From the human T2T-CHM13v2.0 reference genome, Homo sapiens: DNA of 64,000 nt. The DNA is taken from the NCBI RefSeq assembly GCF_009914755.1, contig NC_060931.1. One strand, 5' to 3'. Both the position numbers and the translations under genes were made by a program. The notes below the pieces were generated by a model. It ran no database searches and was not told where the DNA came from. It saw nothing but the letters and a program-made list of their open reading frames with translations. This document shows, piece after piece, positions 49,388 through 64,000 of the stretch (the first letter of the stretch is position 1; each line of letters starts with the position of its first letter).

Positions 49388-52300
49388 CTGTAAATAGCAA
49401 TAACAATAAATTTCAAGGTTAAAAAATGGTGCAAATACATATTATCTTTTCTGATAAATATTTTAGATAATTTTTAAACTATTAGATATTTGTCTGGTAA
49501 CTTCCCCATTCTTCTAATGATGCTGAAATCTCCTGTGATCTGTTCTGGTAACTACCATTTGATAAATAATCTTAGGAACCAGAAAAAAAGGTAAAAGAAA
49601 TATAAATTGCAGATTTCTTTAGAGGTACATGAACTACTAAATTAAATTGTAAAACAAATACTTAGTGCTATGCCAAGAAATAACTAAATATTATGGGGTG
49701 ACTTATAAGGTCATTATGGTTCTTGCAAGTTAGTATCAATTAGGAGTGATTATATTAAATGGTACATAAGTCATTACATTGAGGAATAAAAACACCATTA
49801 TTTTTCTGTGTGTGTATTATCTAAATGATGAGACAGTACATGAGAAACTAAAATACTGTAAAGAAAATTCAAATACTAAATGAATGAGTACTCTTATGGA
49901 TGTGATTGATATTACTCTCCCATAACCCAGCATTACAGATTTAAAATATAGATTATATCCCTTTGTGAATATTTGGTGATTATTTATCATTATTATTTTC
50001 AATAGTGGAAATACTAGCATCAAAGAAAAATTTTAAGCTGATAAGAATTTGTTTCTACATGTCGAATGAATTCATATAATAAAGCATAGTATGACTACAA
50101 TTTCAAAGCTCTCAGAATGCCCAAAACAGCCCTGAAACATTTGCCAGAAGTTTATTGTAATGGATGTAGCAGAAATTTTTATACTATCTTTAAAATGAAT
50201 GAACCAAAACAAAAAAAAATAGTGCAATTTATGTTTAACTTTCACCCATCTGATAGAGGAGCCTCAGTTTCAGCAAATGGCATCTGTTGACAATTTTACG
50301 TTTGTAGTGCTCAGGGGTTCCAAGCTTTAATCAGACTCATTTATTTTATTTCAGTGGTGTTTAGTACAAAACCAGTTAGTTTGTAATTGCCAGAACTGGC
50401 AATGTACTAAAAAGCCAAACAGCAGTTTTCCTAGATTTATTCTCACAGCCAAAATGTAAGTGAAAAAGCATGAAAGAAAAGGATATTCAAAGGAAAGCTA
50501 CTGAGCAACCCTGATCTCAAATGGAAACCCACCTTATGCTACTTTAATTGTTGCTAAAACTCTACTTTTCATGAGCAGCTGCTTAAAATAAATATCAAAC
50601 TGTGCGACTGGAAATGGTGACAGGCAGAATTATGTAGGACAAACTTCAATACAAACAAGAATGAGGTCTAGCAAAGAATCTGTGATTTAGAAGGAAAGTT
50701 CAAATTAGCCTCAAGAATTTAAATGTTACTCGTGTGCTTCCTTTATGTCTTACACACCATAACCACTTAAAAGCAAATGTATAAGGTAAATCTCTGAAAA
50801 AGGAAAGCATTCAACAAATGATAACCAAAAATATTCCTTACAGAATGCAATTTCTTGTGAATTGTTTACAAATTAAGAAGAGAGAAGGAAAGCTGATATA
50901 CATCAAAATAAAAATGAGTCTAAATATGGCCTTGATGACAAATACGACTTCTCTTGTCTATTTTCTTATGCTACCATCTCAGCATCATGAGGTTAACTTT
51001 TTTATGCATCTAGAAAACAAAAAGGCACCCAGCAGATGACTCACTTTTCCTCAGCCACTCACTCACATTTTCTTATATCTAAAACATTAGTTTTTGTTGA
51101 ATGCATCTCTTCCTTGACATTGTCAAGGGACCCTCACTGGCTCTTGCCAGATCTCTGCAATAGTGATTAGTCAGTCTCCCTGTCCCAGCCTCACCGGTTC
51201 TCACCCAGCTAGTGTTGCCAGTGCTCTTTCTGCAAGTCAACGGAATCATGTTACCTCTGTGCTTATAACAATTCCTCAGTCCTTTGAGGAAAAAGCTGCA
51301 CTTCCATCCCCAGTAGGCTAAAGGTGTACAGTTCCTACAGATCAAATGTGTACCCTGAGAAACAGAACTGGCCCAGGGTTATCTTGAAGCATTCATCATA
51401 AAAAGATGACCAAAAAGGCAAGGGGATTCCAACAGAGGGGTGGACAACTGGAAGACCATGATTGGAGCTCAGGATATGAGTGGTCAGTCAGTGGAGAGGC
51501 ACTGCCCATGCCAGAGGAACTGAGGTGGAAGGTACCAGCTGGAAGGAGCACCCCCCAAGAGAGCGCTCAGCTTTGGAAATCTGCCTCACTCAGAGGCCAC
51601 TCCCACCAGATTACCCTTCCAAACATACCAGACCAGTGATAAATGATTCCCTACTCCCGCCCGGTGTAGCTGTATGTATAACTAGGTAAGCTTTTTCTTC
51701 ACACAAACCCTCCAAATTGCAATCCCACTATCCCATAGACTTTGGTCAGCAGAATAAGCTCTGTTCTTGCCCAGATGGAAATGGCTCCTTGATTCTGCCT
51801 AGGGTAAGATGAGGAAAGAGTTAGTCATTGTTCACCCCTTTGTCATGTGCCCAGGTGCTTAATGTCACTCCTGGCTCCCTGTACCCAGACACTGTGACAC
51901 CTCTCAAGGTACCTTCTTAGGGAGTGAGGAGGGAATGCTAAGTAGGCACCACCTGTAACAGGCACTTCTTTACTTTCTCTCTTAAATCAGAGATATTTAA
52001 TTGCCAAAGTTGAAATTTAAAACCAGAAAGGAAGGACAATTTCAAATGTCAAATGCAAAATATCATCTTACTTGCCTGTTCGTTTCCTTCCTTCAGGTCA
52101 CTTCCAATGTAATCCTTCACTCTGAGGCAGCAATTTTTTAAGGATTTAAGCAGTTGTTGAAGGAGGAAAGGTAATGGAGAACTTTGGCTATTAAGGTATG
52201 GTCTGAGAGGCACTGATGAACTTAAACTAGTCTAAAAATGCAAGCACTTTCTTTTGTTCTTTCAGGCAAATGAGGAAAGCCCATATACTTCATTTTTACC

Positions 52301-52849
52301 CACAACAAGGGTAAAAGTGACTAAGGGTTTCTAAGGTTTGGTAGTCATAAACAAAATTAGCAAACATCCTGGATTTACTGAGGAGCCCACACAGTCAAAG
52401 AAATCTGGCCCCCATACACTGATGTGCACAGAATACTTCTATGCCCCCAGTTTGGGAGAAGAAATGATGTTTTTTGTGAAAGGTAGTTGGTTCCAGTGGT
52501 CTTGGTTATCAATTCTTGATTTTAAATTGACAAATAAGTTGGTAAATGATAAAGATAAACCTAGTCATAGCAACTGTCACACTATCACGTTGTTTACTCA
52601 ACCCCATAATATATAAGGCAAATTGTTACCAATTATGCCTATGAATTTGTCATTTTAATAACTTCCTTTGTATGATCAAGTATAAAAATTCTGGCTTTTA
52701 AAAAATTTCTAGCATTTTAATGTAAAATCCTATGTATACGTTCATTCTTATTAGGTTAACAATGTAAAACATGTAATTACAAAAAAATAGGAACACAGAT
52801 TATAATGCCCTCATCTTTCACCACAAATCCACACGTACCATCCTGCCAG

Positions 52850-53720
52850 TGTTTTCTGTCATCCTCCTCTTACAGTGGATGAAATATTTCTGTTATAATC
52901 AAAGGTTAATTTCCTCATGTGGTCTATCTAGATCCCACCTCCCCTTGCTTCTGAAGAGTCCTCCACTCTTCCTCCTGTATCATCAATTTCTCACAGTGAT
53001 TTTCCTGGATAATGTCTATTATCTTACAAACATCTACCAATGCACAACTCATCTCCTATCTAAAAAAAAAAAAACTTTCTCGATGTCACACCCCCACCTT
53101 CTGCTCCTTCCCTTCCTATTTTTGCTCCCTTTTTGGGCAAAACTTCTCCAAGGGGTTGGCTGTCCAGTGATTGCCTCCACTTTCTCACAATCTATTTTCT
53201 TTTCCCCACTCCATCCAGGCTTCTACTCTCAAGCACTCAGTTGAAACCACTCTTGGCTAGTTCCCAGGTCATTGGGGAGTTCATGTTGCCAAATCAACAG
53301 ATTGCTTTCCCAAATTCAGGTTATGTGACTTTGCAGCAGGATTTGTCAAGGCTGATCCGATATTTCTGGGATGTTCTCTTCTCTTCACTTCCACCACCCT
53401 CTTGATTTTTCTCCTGCTTCACTGGCCATTGCTTCTGAGCCTCCTTTGTGGCCCTTTTCCTCTTACTCTCAAATATTTTTATTAATTTCATTTTTAATTT
53501 ATAATAATTGCACATATTTATGGGGTACAGTTTGCTGTTATAATATATGTATACATTCCAGAATGATTAGATCAGCCAATTAACATATCCATCACCTCAC
53601 ATACTTCATTCATAACTCCTAAATGGGCATATCAATCTTAGTAAGTCAAAATTAGAAGTATTGATTTTCCAGCAACCAAATATTCTGTGTGTCTTTTCAT
53701 TTCGAATGACACCACCCCAA
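52850..53720 (+). mobile_element. L2 fragments with an inserted antisense L1MA 3' piece (about 53478-53610)
   Basis: C/T-rich L2 text. ataataattgcacatatttatggggtaca...catatccatcacctca is an L1MA 3' end on the minus strand. Confidence 0.7.
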
Positions 53721-54049
53721 ATACAAACAAACAAACAAAAAAACCTAAAACACTTTCGTGTTTAGGAAGAAATATAATAAAATCGTAACCTTACAGAAAA
53801 ATGGTTCTCTAATTTGTACTATGATGAAGTAATGAGAAAAATCTGATAGTAGGTGTATCTTATAATTTATCACCTAGCCTTAAACAGATCATACTTAATT
53901 TTTCTTATTTGAGAGAAGTCTACATGATAATGAATTCAATGCTTATTAGCACTAATAACAATTATACATAATTTTGTACTCCACTTTTTAGAGTAAAATT
54001 GCCTCTGATATAAGATATCTTCCAGAGAGGTATTACGTGTAGGGTTACG

Positions 54050-54310
54050 AGAATGGATAGAGGGGACAGGCTGCCAGGGTTACAATTTGAGCTTTGACAC
54101 TTCTAAACTGTGTGGCCTTTGAAACTTCAAAGCTGTGTGGCCTTGGGCAAGTCACTTACTCTTTCTGTGTCCTAACTTCCACACTTGTAAAATGTGAAAA
54201 ATGACAGCAACTGCTTCACAGAACTGTTGTAAAGATTAAGGCATTAACACAAGAAAAGTACCTAGACAACAGTTATTGGTGCATTCTATTTAATGAACTT
54301 TAGCTATGAT
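54050..54310 (+). mobile_element. MIR
   Basis: gctgtgtggccttgggcaagtcacttactctttctgtg...tgtaaaatg...gttgtaaagattaa. Confidence 0.85.
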
Positions 54311-55365
54311 TGAATATTTTAAAATTTCATTTCATAAATTTATTTATCCCAGAAAAAGGAGGTAATGCCTGATCGTATTTGTTCATGGGCTAAATTTTAA
54401 ATTCATTACTGCTTACTAAAGAACTTACAGTACATTTTTCCTCTATACTTTCTTTTACTTTGGGCTATTTCCCTACTCTTTACTGGACATGCTATAAATT
54501 CAATAACGATATGAAAACCAAGATCTAACTGAGTAGCCCACCTATTTGTTAGCATCATTGGTAAATATGCTAGTAGGGAAAGAGAAGAATCTCCTTTCAC
54601 TTGTTAAAAAAAAAAAAGGAGCTGCTCTGAGAGCAGGCTAGTAAGACAGATTAGGATAAAGAGATACACTTCATAAGGTCTATACAATTGCTAGAGTGGA
54701 GTTAGAAATTTAATTGTGCAGTTCCAAGCATTCAAAGAAACCAGAAAATCTGATTAGTTAGAAATTTAATAGCACCCATCCAAAAAAAAATTTCCAGCAA
54801 CTCAAGAGAACAATTATAGGGGTTATGAACAGATAGGCCCTGCTATTAGTAGGCGTTTCTACTTTACAAGTAAGGAAACTAAGGTAAAGAAGTTAAAAAT
54901 TTCACCCAAGGACACCTACTAACAAATGAGATACAGAATGGAGTAGATATAAACCCATGCTTTCGACTTCTTCACTATACTTCTCCTGGTGTACAAAACA
55001 CCCTTTCTTCTTGTTTCTTTATCTTTTTTTTTTCAATAGTGCTACATTTTCAAAGGGTACATGAACATATTAGGATGGGTCTATGTGCTGCTGCTTCTAC
55101 TCAGGCTCATGACTCAAGGCCATAATGGTCTTGTTTTTGATAAAGAGAGAAAAACCAAAAGGACTAAACCTTTAACCCCCCTGCTAGTCATCATCTCAAC
55201 TCTCTCTCAGGTTTTACTATGGGAGAAGATCACAGAACAACTGAACCAAGAAGAAATATCATGTGTACTTGGGCATCACTTTCTCTGCACATTCCCTGAC
55301 CATTCCTCTCCTTTCTCTGCCCTCATAGCCTGTCACCCAAACCTGTAGACCCTCCTCCTGCTCAT

Positions 55366-55517
55366 TTGTTTATAGACAGGGGTCTCACTGTGTTGCACAG
55401 GCTAGAGTGCAGTGGTGGGATCAGAGTTCATGTAGCCTCAAATTCCTGGGCTCAAGAGATCCTCTCACCCCAGCCTTCCAAGTAGTTGGGACTACAAGTG
55501 TGAGCCACCATACCAAG
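55366..55517 (-). mobile_element. Alu monomer (FRAM/FAM-like)
   Basis: A single right-type arm: agacaggggtctcactgtgttgcacaggctagagtgcagtgg...gtgagccacca. Confidence 0.85.
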
Positions 55518-55841
55518 ACTTACATATTTATTAAATTTATACCCGTTTTTTCCCTTCACCACCACCTCCTTAGATCATCTTTCACCCAGATCAATGTGAG
55601 ACCCTCCTAACTGGGCGCTCAAAAGAAATACACAAAGATTAACCTTCTAAAGAATTTATTATGTATTTGCTTAAAAAAAAAGAAACTATGGAAAGGCACT
55701 ATAAAGAGAGCTAAAAAAGTTGCATTCCAAGAAAAGTAATATCCCAACATTTCCCAACTCAATTATGTGAAAAGTGTTAACCTGATATAATACTGCAATC
55801 ATAAATTTAAGATACACATGTAATTCATATTTGCTTCCTAA

Positions 55842-56176
<335 letters not shown>

Positions 56177-56706
56177 TGCAAATCTATTTCTTTTTTTACA
56201 AAAATTTGGCCTCTCAGATAAGCAAAACAAACAAAAAAACTATTTCTAAAGTTACAATTTTACCATAAAGAAACAAATAATATTTACCAGTGTAAAACAG
56301 TACCCTGTACTTGTTATTTAAAAATGATGGAATAAAAAGAATGACAGCTATTTCTATACAGTTGCTTCCTTTTAATGTTGGAGAGATTCATCAGTATAAT
56401 TCTAACAAATATTTTATTGTAAACTTGGTCTGATCTAGGAACTACTTTACCTAATCTAAAATTACAACTGAAATAGGTATCCACTTTTACTCTGGTTCTA
56501 TTTAAATAGTACTATCCCTGGTATCATTTAGAAAAAATAGACAAGTAACTTCCCACTTTTGTCATAGGAAGCCAGACCAAGATGATGAAATAATCAATCA
56601 ATTCATCAATGAGTCGACCAACTATTAAAAGTATCTCTTATGTTAGAGGTACATGTGAACTCAAAAGCCTAGTTGCTGTCTTGTGATTCAGACTCATTTC
56701 TTTTAA

Positions 56707-57131
<425 letters not shown>

Positions 57132-57189
57132 GGGTATGACTCTTAACGCTGGTTAGTCCTTCTGCTGGGTTAACTCTCTTACACGATTC

Positions 57190-57450
57190 GGGCCTCTGTT
57201 TAATGGTCACGCCCCTCAGAGGCCTTACCCTGGCCACCTCTAATAAAATGCTAACCCCGTCACTCGTTGACCTCCGATTTAATTTTCTCATTGCATTTAT
57301 TACTCCCTGACATGTCCATTTATTTGACAGTTGCCTCCTCTCACCAGAATGTTGGCCCCTCCAGAGCAAAGATTTTGTTTCACAAATTCTAAGTGCCTTG
57401 AGAGCTGCTTCACACAGAAGAGGAGCTCAATGAACACTTGAATGAATGAA
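57190..57450 (+). mobile_element. L2 3' end
   Basis: cagaggccttaccctggccacctc...ctcaatgaacacttgaatgaatgaa. Confidence 0.8.
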
Positions 57451-58483
57451 GGCAATAAAGCCCTTCCGAGACTCATCAGTTAAACTCCAGGAAGAGTGTC
57501 TTTTGGAAATACAATAATACTATTATTATTATTAGCTTTTCTGTAGTATCTATTTTCAGCAGGATAGGGAGATGGGGTGATTTATAGCCCCTGTCCACTA
57601 TTATACACACTGATGCTCTTCTAGGAAGAGCCAGAAGGACAGCATCTCAGGGTGGCACCAAGTATTATCTGGGTAACAACATCACATGGTTCTGCCAATG
57701 CTACATTTCTGTTCCTCTGTTTAATATCTTTCCCTGGTGACAAAATAAGCTACAAGTATAAATTACAATTGGTTAAAGATATGGCGACTGCTTTAATATT
57801 TCTTGTAAGGGCTGCCTTAACTGAAACAGAAAACATAATAACCATGTTTTTAGCCAAACTAAATTCCTGCTTAACTCATGGTTCATTGTTGTTACCCAGT
57901 TCTAGGACTTAGGACCACAGTGGTAAGACATTTAAGAGATCACAAAGATGAACATGCTTACTTGTGAAGGGCCCAGGCAGCCTCTACTACTACCCATGGT
58001 TATGTGGGGAGTTCAACTGGCAGAGAAAGGACTATATGACTTGACTCCCAAATCAGTGCTCTTTTCCCTCTGCCCATTTATACCAACAGTAAAAGTTGTT
58101 TGTCAGTATATATGAGTCATAAACTGATGTGCATATGCTGTAGAATATTCCAAATATAAAAAAATAAATCCATGGCTTAAAATATCTACATTAAATAAAA
58201 AATATTGTTTTGCATTAATGATTATTTCTTATTGAGAATCAGAACAGTAGCTATAGCAGTATATAGAAATCTCTATGGTCCCTATAAGACAAGGCAAAAG
58301 CAATAGAACATCAAATAAAGGGAAGATAAGATGTAATCAGAATTTGAAAGGGAAAGTTGAGGCAACTTGCAGGGGGATAAGAAAGAAGGAAGTGTCAATA
58401 AGACAAATGTCAGAATGTGAACGTATATTTATCAATGTAACAAATCTAAGTGTAATGTTCAATTCCAACATGTTTGTCATAGA

Positions 58484-59753
<1,270 letters not shown>

Positions 59754-60024
59754 TACAGAGCTTGCACTGCACTACATTCCTACATTTCAAAAATGTCTTA
59801 AATCACAGGTCCCAGAGCAAGGGAATCCAGAATACAAAATTCATTTTCCACTTTGCTTAGCACGGCACAATCAAATGTATTTAATGACAGGACAAGAATA
59901 AAGAGAGAATAAGACTTTGAAATTTTTGAAATTCTTTTCTTCTCTTAAGGCAGGTTTGACTCAATTAAAATATTTATATATGGAAATGAATCACAGTACA
60001 ACTAGATTAGAATCGATGAAATGA

Positions 60025-60349
<325 letters not shown>

Positions 60350-63300
60350 CTGCTATTCATTTTTGACTGTGTTGTCAAAATGAAGCCTACATTGACCCTC
60401 ATAGACCTCATTAAACCTCAGGGACTCAAGCCAGAGAGAACCAGAAACTTCCAAGGCTTGCTAACTGGAATGTTTCTGTGCTATGCCGGCCTGGAGAATC
60501 CTAAAGAGCTTTTAGACTTTATAATCTCAAGAATACACAAGCACACGAACCTGCAGCAATTATACATTAATCAAATGCAATCCATATTAAGTATATCAAA
60601 ATTCTGCTCATTGTGCAGTAGCCTATTTACCGTAATATACATGTAATGCATACAGAGCCAGGAAGTTTCTGAAATTCACAAATAAACTTTGTCTTTTCTT
60701 TCCATCCCTCTTGAGTAGTTGGCATAACAAACAGTATAAAGAATAGCGTGATTTGATATAAAATCAAAGCCACTTAAAAATACAAATATTAGTAATCCTA
60801 CTGAAAATTAAAGAGTTACTTCCTCCCTTGGAATAACAGCCATATAGGTCCATAATCCCTTGAGGTTAGATGAATTCTATAATTCAAATAACTTAATTAA
60901 CTTATAGATTTCCAAAAGGTAATATGGTGCATATGCCATGCCTAGAGCAGCACTCTATAATCCAACACATTAATACTTCTGCAGTGAAATGCATGATAAT
61001 TCACATAAGTAACAGAAATAATGATCATAAATAGCTTCAAATCCTTTCAACTCAGGTCTTGCTGCCAAATGAATTCAGCTCATGTCAAACTTTGCCACCA
61101 CATACATTTTATAAAAACTGGCTTGTGATATCTCCATGTTTTTTGTAATATGAAATTACAGATTAGGGATTGTGAGTCTGTATCTTCAAGAATTTCATCT
61201 ATTTTGTTTTACTTTTATACAAGGATCAATCAATTGGTGTTTAGTCTCTCAAGTCCTGGGTAGTTTTGGGTAGTTTTTTTTTTATTTGGTTATATCATTC
61301 CCCATCAATCCCAGGACTTTTCAAAGTAAATCACAGTAGAATGCAATAGAAGAAGCTACTGTTATCTTGGGGATTGGTAGTGGTTGCTGGGAGCAGCCTC
61401 TTTCCCCAAAGCTCTGCCTTAAAAATGAGCTGCCTTTTCAAATGCAGCACAGGGCCACAGAAGGAGAGAACTGATCTCACAGAATTTATAGATGGGGAAA
61501 ATCACTGCCAGAAATCACGCCTCTAGATAGCATAGTGGGACCCATAAATACTGAAGGCTTGAGGAGTGTCTGGACAGAACCTTATTGAGGATTCCTGCAG
61601 CGCGAGTGCTGCCACTGCCATTACTCAAAACTCAGACCTCAGAGACGAGCACAGCTCTAGGAGCTGCATGTAAACAACAGCATTTGATATAGAAAGATCA
61701 TAAAGTTATAGAATGGATGCATTCTGGCTACTCAGAACTCCCTGCTACAAACTAGAGCAACTCTTAGCAGGATCAGCCCATTCTTTCATCTTTTCTAGAT
61801 AGATTAATGGAGAACAGGACCATTAACTTGAGGTTGCAGTGAGTGGAAAGAGAGATAGAGATGAATGGACAAATTTTAGGGAGCTTTTAAAAAGCTAGAA
61901 GCTGTTACTCTCAGGGGATATTACATGTTACTCTAGGCTAGGGCATTCAGGAGCATTCAAGAAACAGGCTTGCCTCATTCTACACTGAAATGTGAAAAAT
62001 GTGATGAGCAACATGAAGATATTGGTATAATAAGCAGTTCTGGCATTTATCCTTTTTTTTTTTTTTGAAGGTAAGAGTGAATTTTGAGGTCAGTATTATT
62101 CACTAGGGAGAAAATACTCTTACTCTACCTCCCCAAAATTAAGAAACACAGTAAAATCTTCTTTGCTACTTTGCAATTCTTTTTCAAATAATTCTGTCTC
62201 AGATAAGACCATTATTATCCAGATTACCAATAGTTTGATAGTTCTATGAACAGCACTGTAGAAAAATGATTATATCATACTTAGATTTTTATTTCCTTCT
62301 TTACCACATGCCAGAAAATCCCTAAAAGTATTAGCTCTCTTGACCCACGGCATCAAAATGATCTACTGTTAAGTAGAGCAACATCTTGATGACATGGCAA
62401 GTCTAGGAATACTAACTCATGAACAGTATCTAAAATATGACTCCCAGTCTTAGGCATATAATGCTGTAATTTCCAGGATGGCTGGTTTAATATGTTTTTT
62501 GTTTTGTTTTCATGCTGTTTTATTCCTCTCCTAGTACAAAAACCTATGCTATATAACATTTTATGTATCTGAGCATTTTATTTAATAACATGACTACCTA
62601 TATAAATTTGTTCCATTAATGTTTAAATTTTATAAAAGTATAATTGGTTATTTTCTAGTAGCTAGCTTCTTGCTTGATAATATTCAAAGCAACTTGTTTT
62701 TATTACTCTTATTACCTTACTGTACATCATATATCCACAGGGTACTTTGGAATACAGAGTTCAAGACAAGAGGGAAAATCTACTGGGAAGATGAGAATTT
62801 GGTCCTAAGTGTGCTATTTTACCAATTCTCTGATCACGGGTAAAATAAATGCATGAGGAATGGCTACATAGGGAATGCGGTTGAGTCAACGGTCTGCCTG
62901 GTTGGTATGCTCTCCGCTGCTGTCCCTGACGTCTGACAGTGTGTGCACATCCCACCATGCAGAGCAGCTTCTGGCTCTCATGAAATACAGGCTTGATTTG
63001 CCTCGCCTATGCCTGCACATAGAGGCAGCTCATGCTTTGTCGAAGTTCAGGGGCCGTAGCCAAAACAGCAGCAGTTTGATTCAAGGGTAAGAAGCAGAGC
63101 AGGAAAAAATGGTTACTGTATCGGATAATGCTTTGTGGCAGCCCAGGAGGGAAGTGTCCTGGGGCTTCTCAGTCCCAAGTGACAGGGATGGCAATTGTGA
63201 CTGAAAGGAGCCCACAGATATTACTTTAATTAAGAACAGTTCCATTCTGCATGAACAGAAATCCTCTAATTACTCTTGGATCTGTCAAGAACTGTTCTTG

Positions 63301-64000
63301 ACAGAGCAAACAAATTTAATTTTGGTAAAATATGGTCACCAAAGTTAAGATAATTCATTATTTTATGAATAGAAATTGTAAATTGAGAGAAATGAATATG
63401 TCCAAAGTTTTTGGTCAGCCCAAATTATCAATTAAACAATTATTTGGATAGGGAAGTCTAGACTTTATGTCTATACCTCTGTTTTGCCCACCAAAAAATA
63501 CCCATGGGGGAATTTAGCGTTTATTAACGAGAAAACATATTTCAAGGACAATGCTGTATGGGGGAACATAATATGCAAGCAAAATTTTCATTCTAAGCAT
63601 CTACTAAAAATGGATATTAAGGATTAAGAGAGGTCAAATAAAGTAGAAAAATAAAATCAATAAAAATCTTCAAAAATATTCTGTACTTGAACTAAAAACA
63701 TGCTTCCTTTATACTTGAAATACTTTTTTTCATAATATATAGAAAAAGAACCAGGTTCTAAAAGCAACTGTCTTCCACTTTCTGTTTTATATTTATGTTT
63801 AAACTGAGGCTACTAGTAATAATCTCTGTTTTGACTATCAGACTTACAAACCTTTCTTTCTGGCTAAATGTGACAGTGCGTGATTTATTGTACTTAATAT
63901 TTTGTCCCTCAGTCACTTTCCTGGCTGAATTTCCCAAACCTCATTAGGGGACTTCTTCCAGTTCATGGCAGATGGACAATGACCACAGGATATAAAATGA

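Overview
Primate genomic DNA, almost certainly human (a great ape cannot be excluded from sequence alone). The whole window lies inside the reelin gene RELN on the minus strand. Seven coding exons with GT-AG boundaries splice into one 1087-nt open frame: 49291-49387, 46234-46474, 30492-30637, 9771-9922, 2488-2600, 946-1154 and 56-184. From recall of human reelin these are exons 9-15, about aa 269-631 (N-terminal irregular region into reelin repeat 1). The rest is intron, filled with Alu, L1, L2, MIR, MaLR and DNA-transposon relics plus simple repeats. I see no new protein-coding gene or novel biological system. The most unusual items are a 94-nt pre-miRNA-like hairpin at 29.1 kb, a decayed C2H2 zinc-finger array with 84-nt periodicity (possibly split by later insertions), an L1 with two tandem 3' ends from different subfamilies and an apparently reused target site, a candidate poison exon downstream of exon 12, and motif-dense candidate enhancers in intron 10. 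Repeat subfamily names come from recalled diagnostics, and the boundaries of old repeats are approximate.
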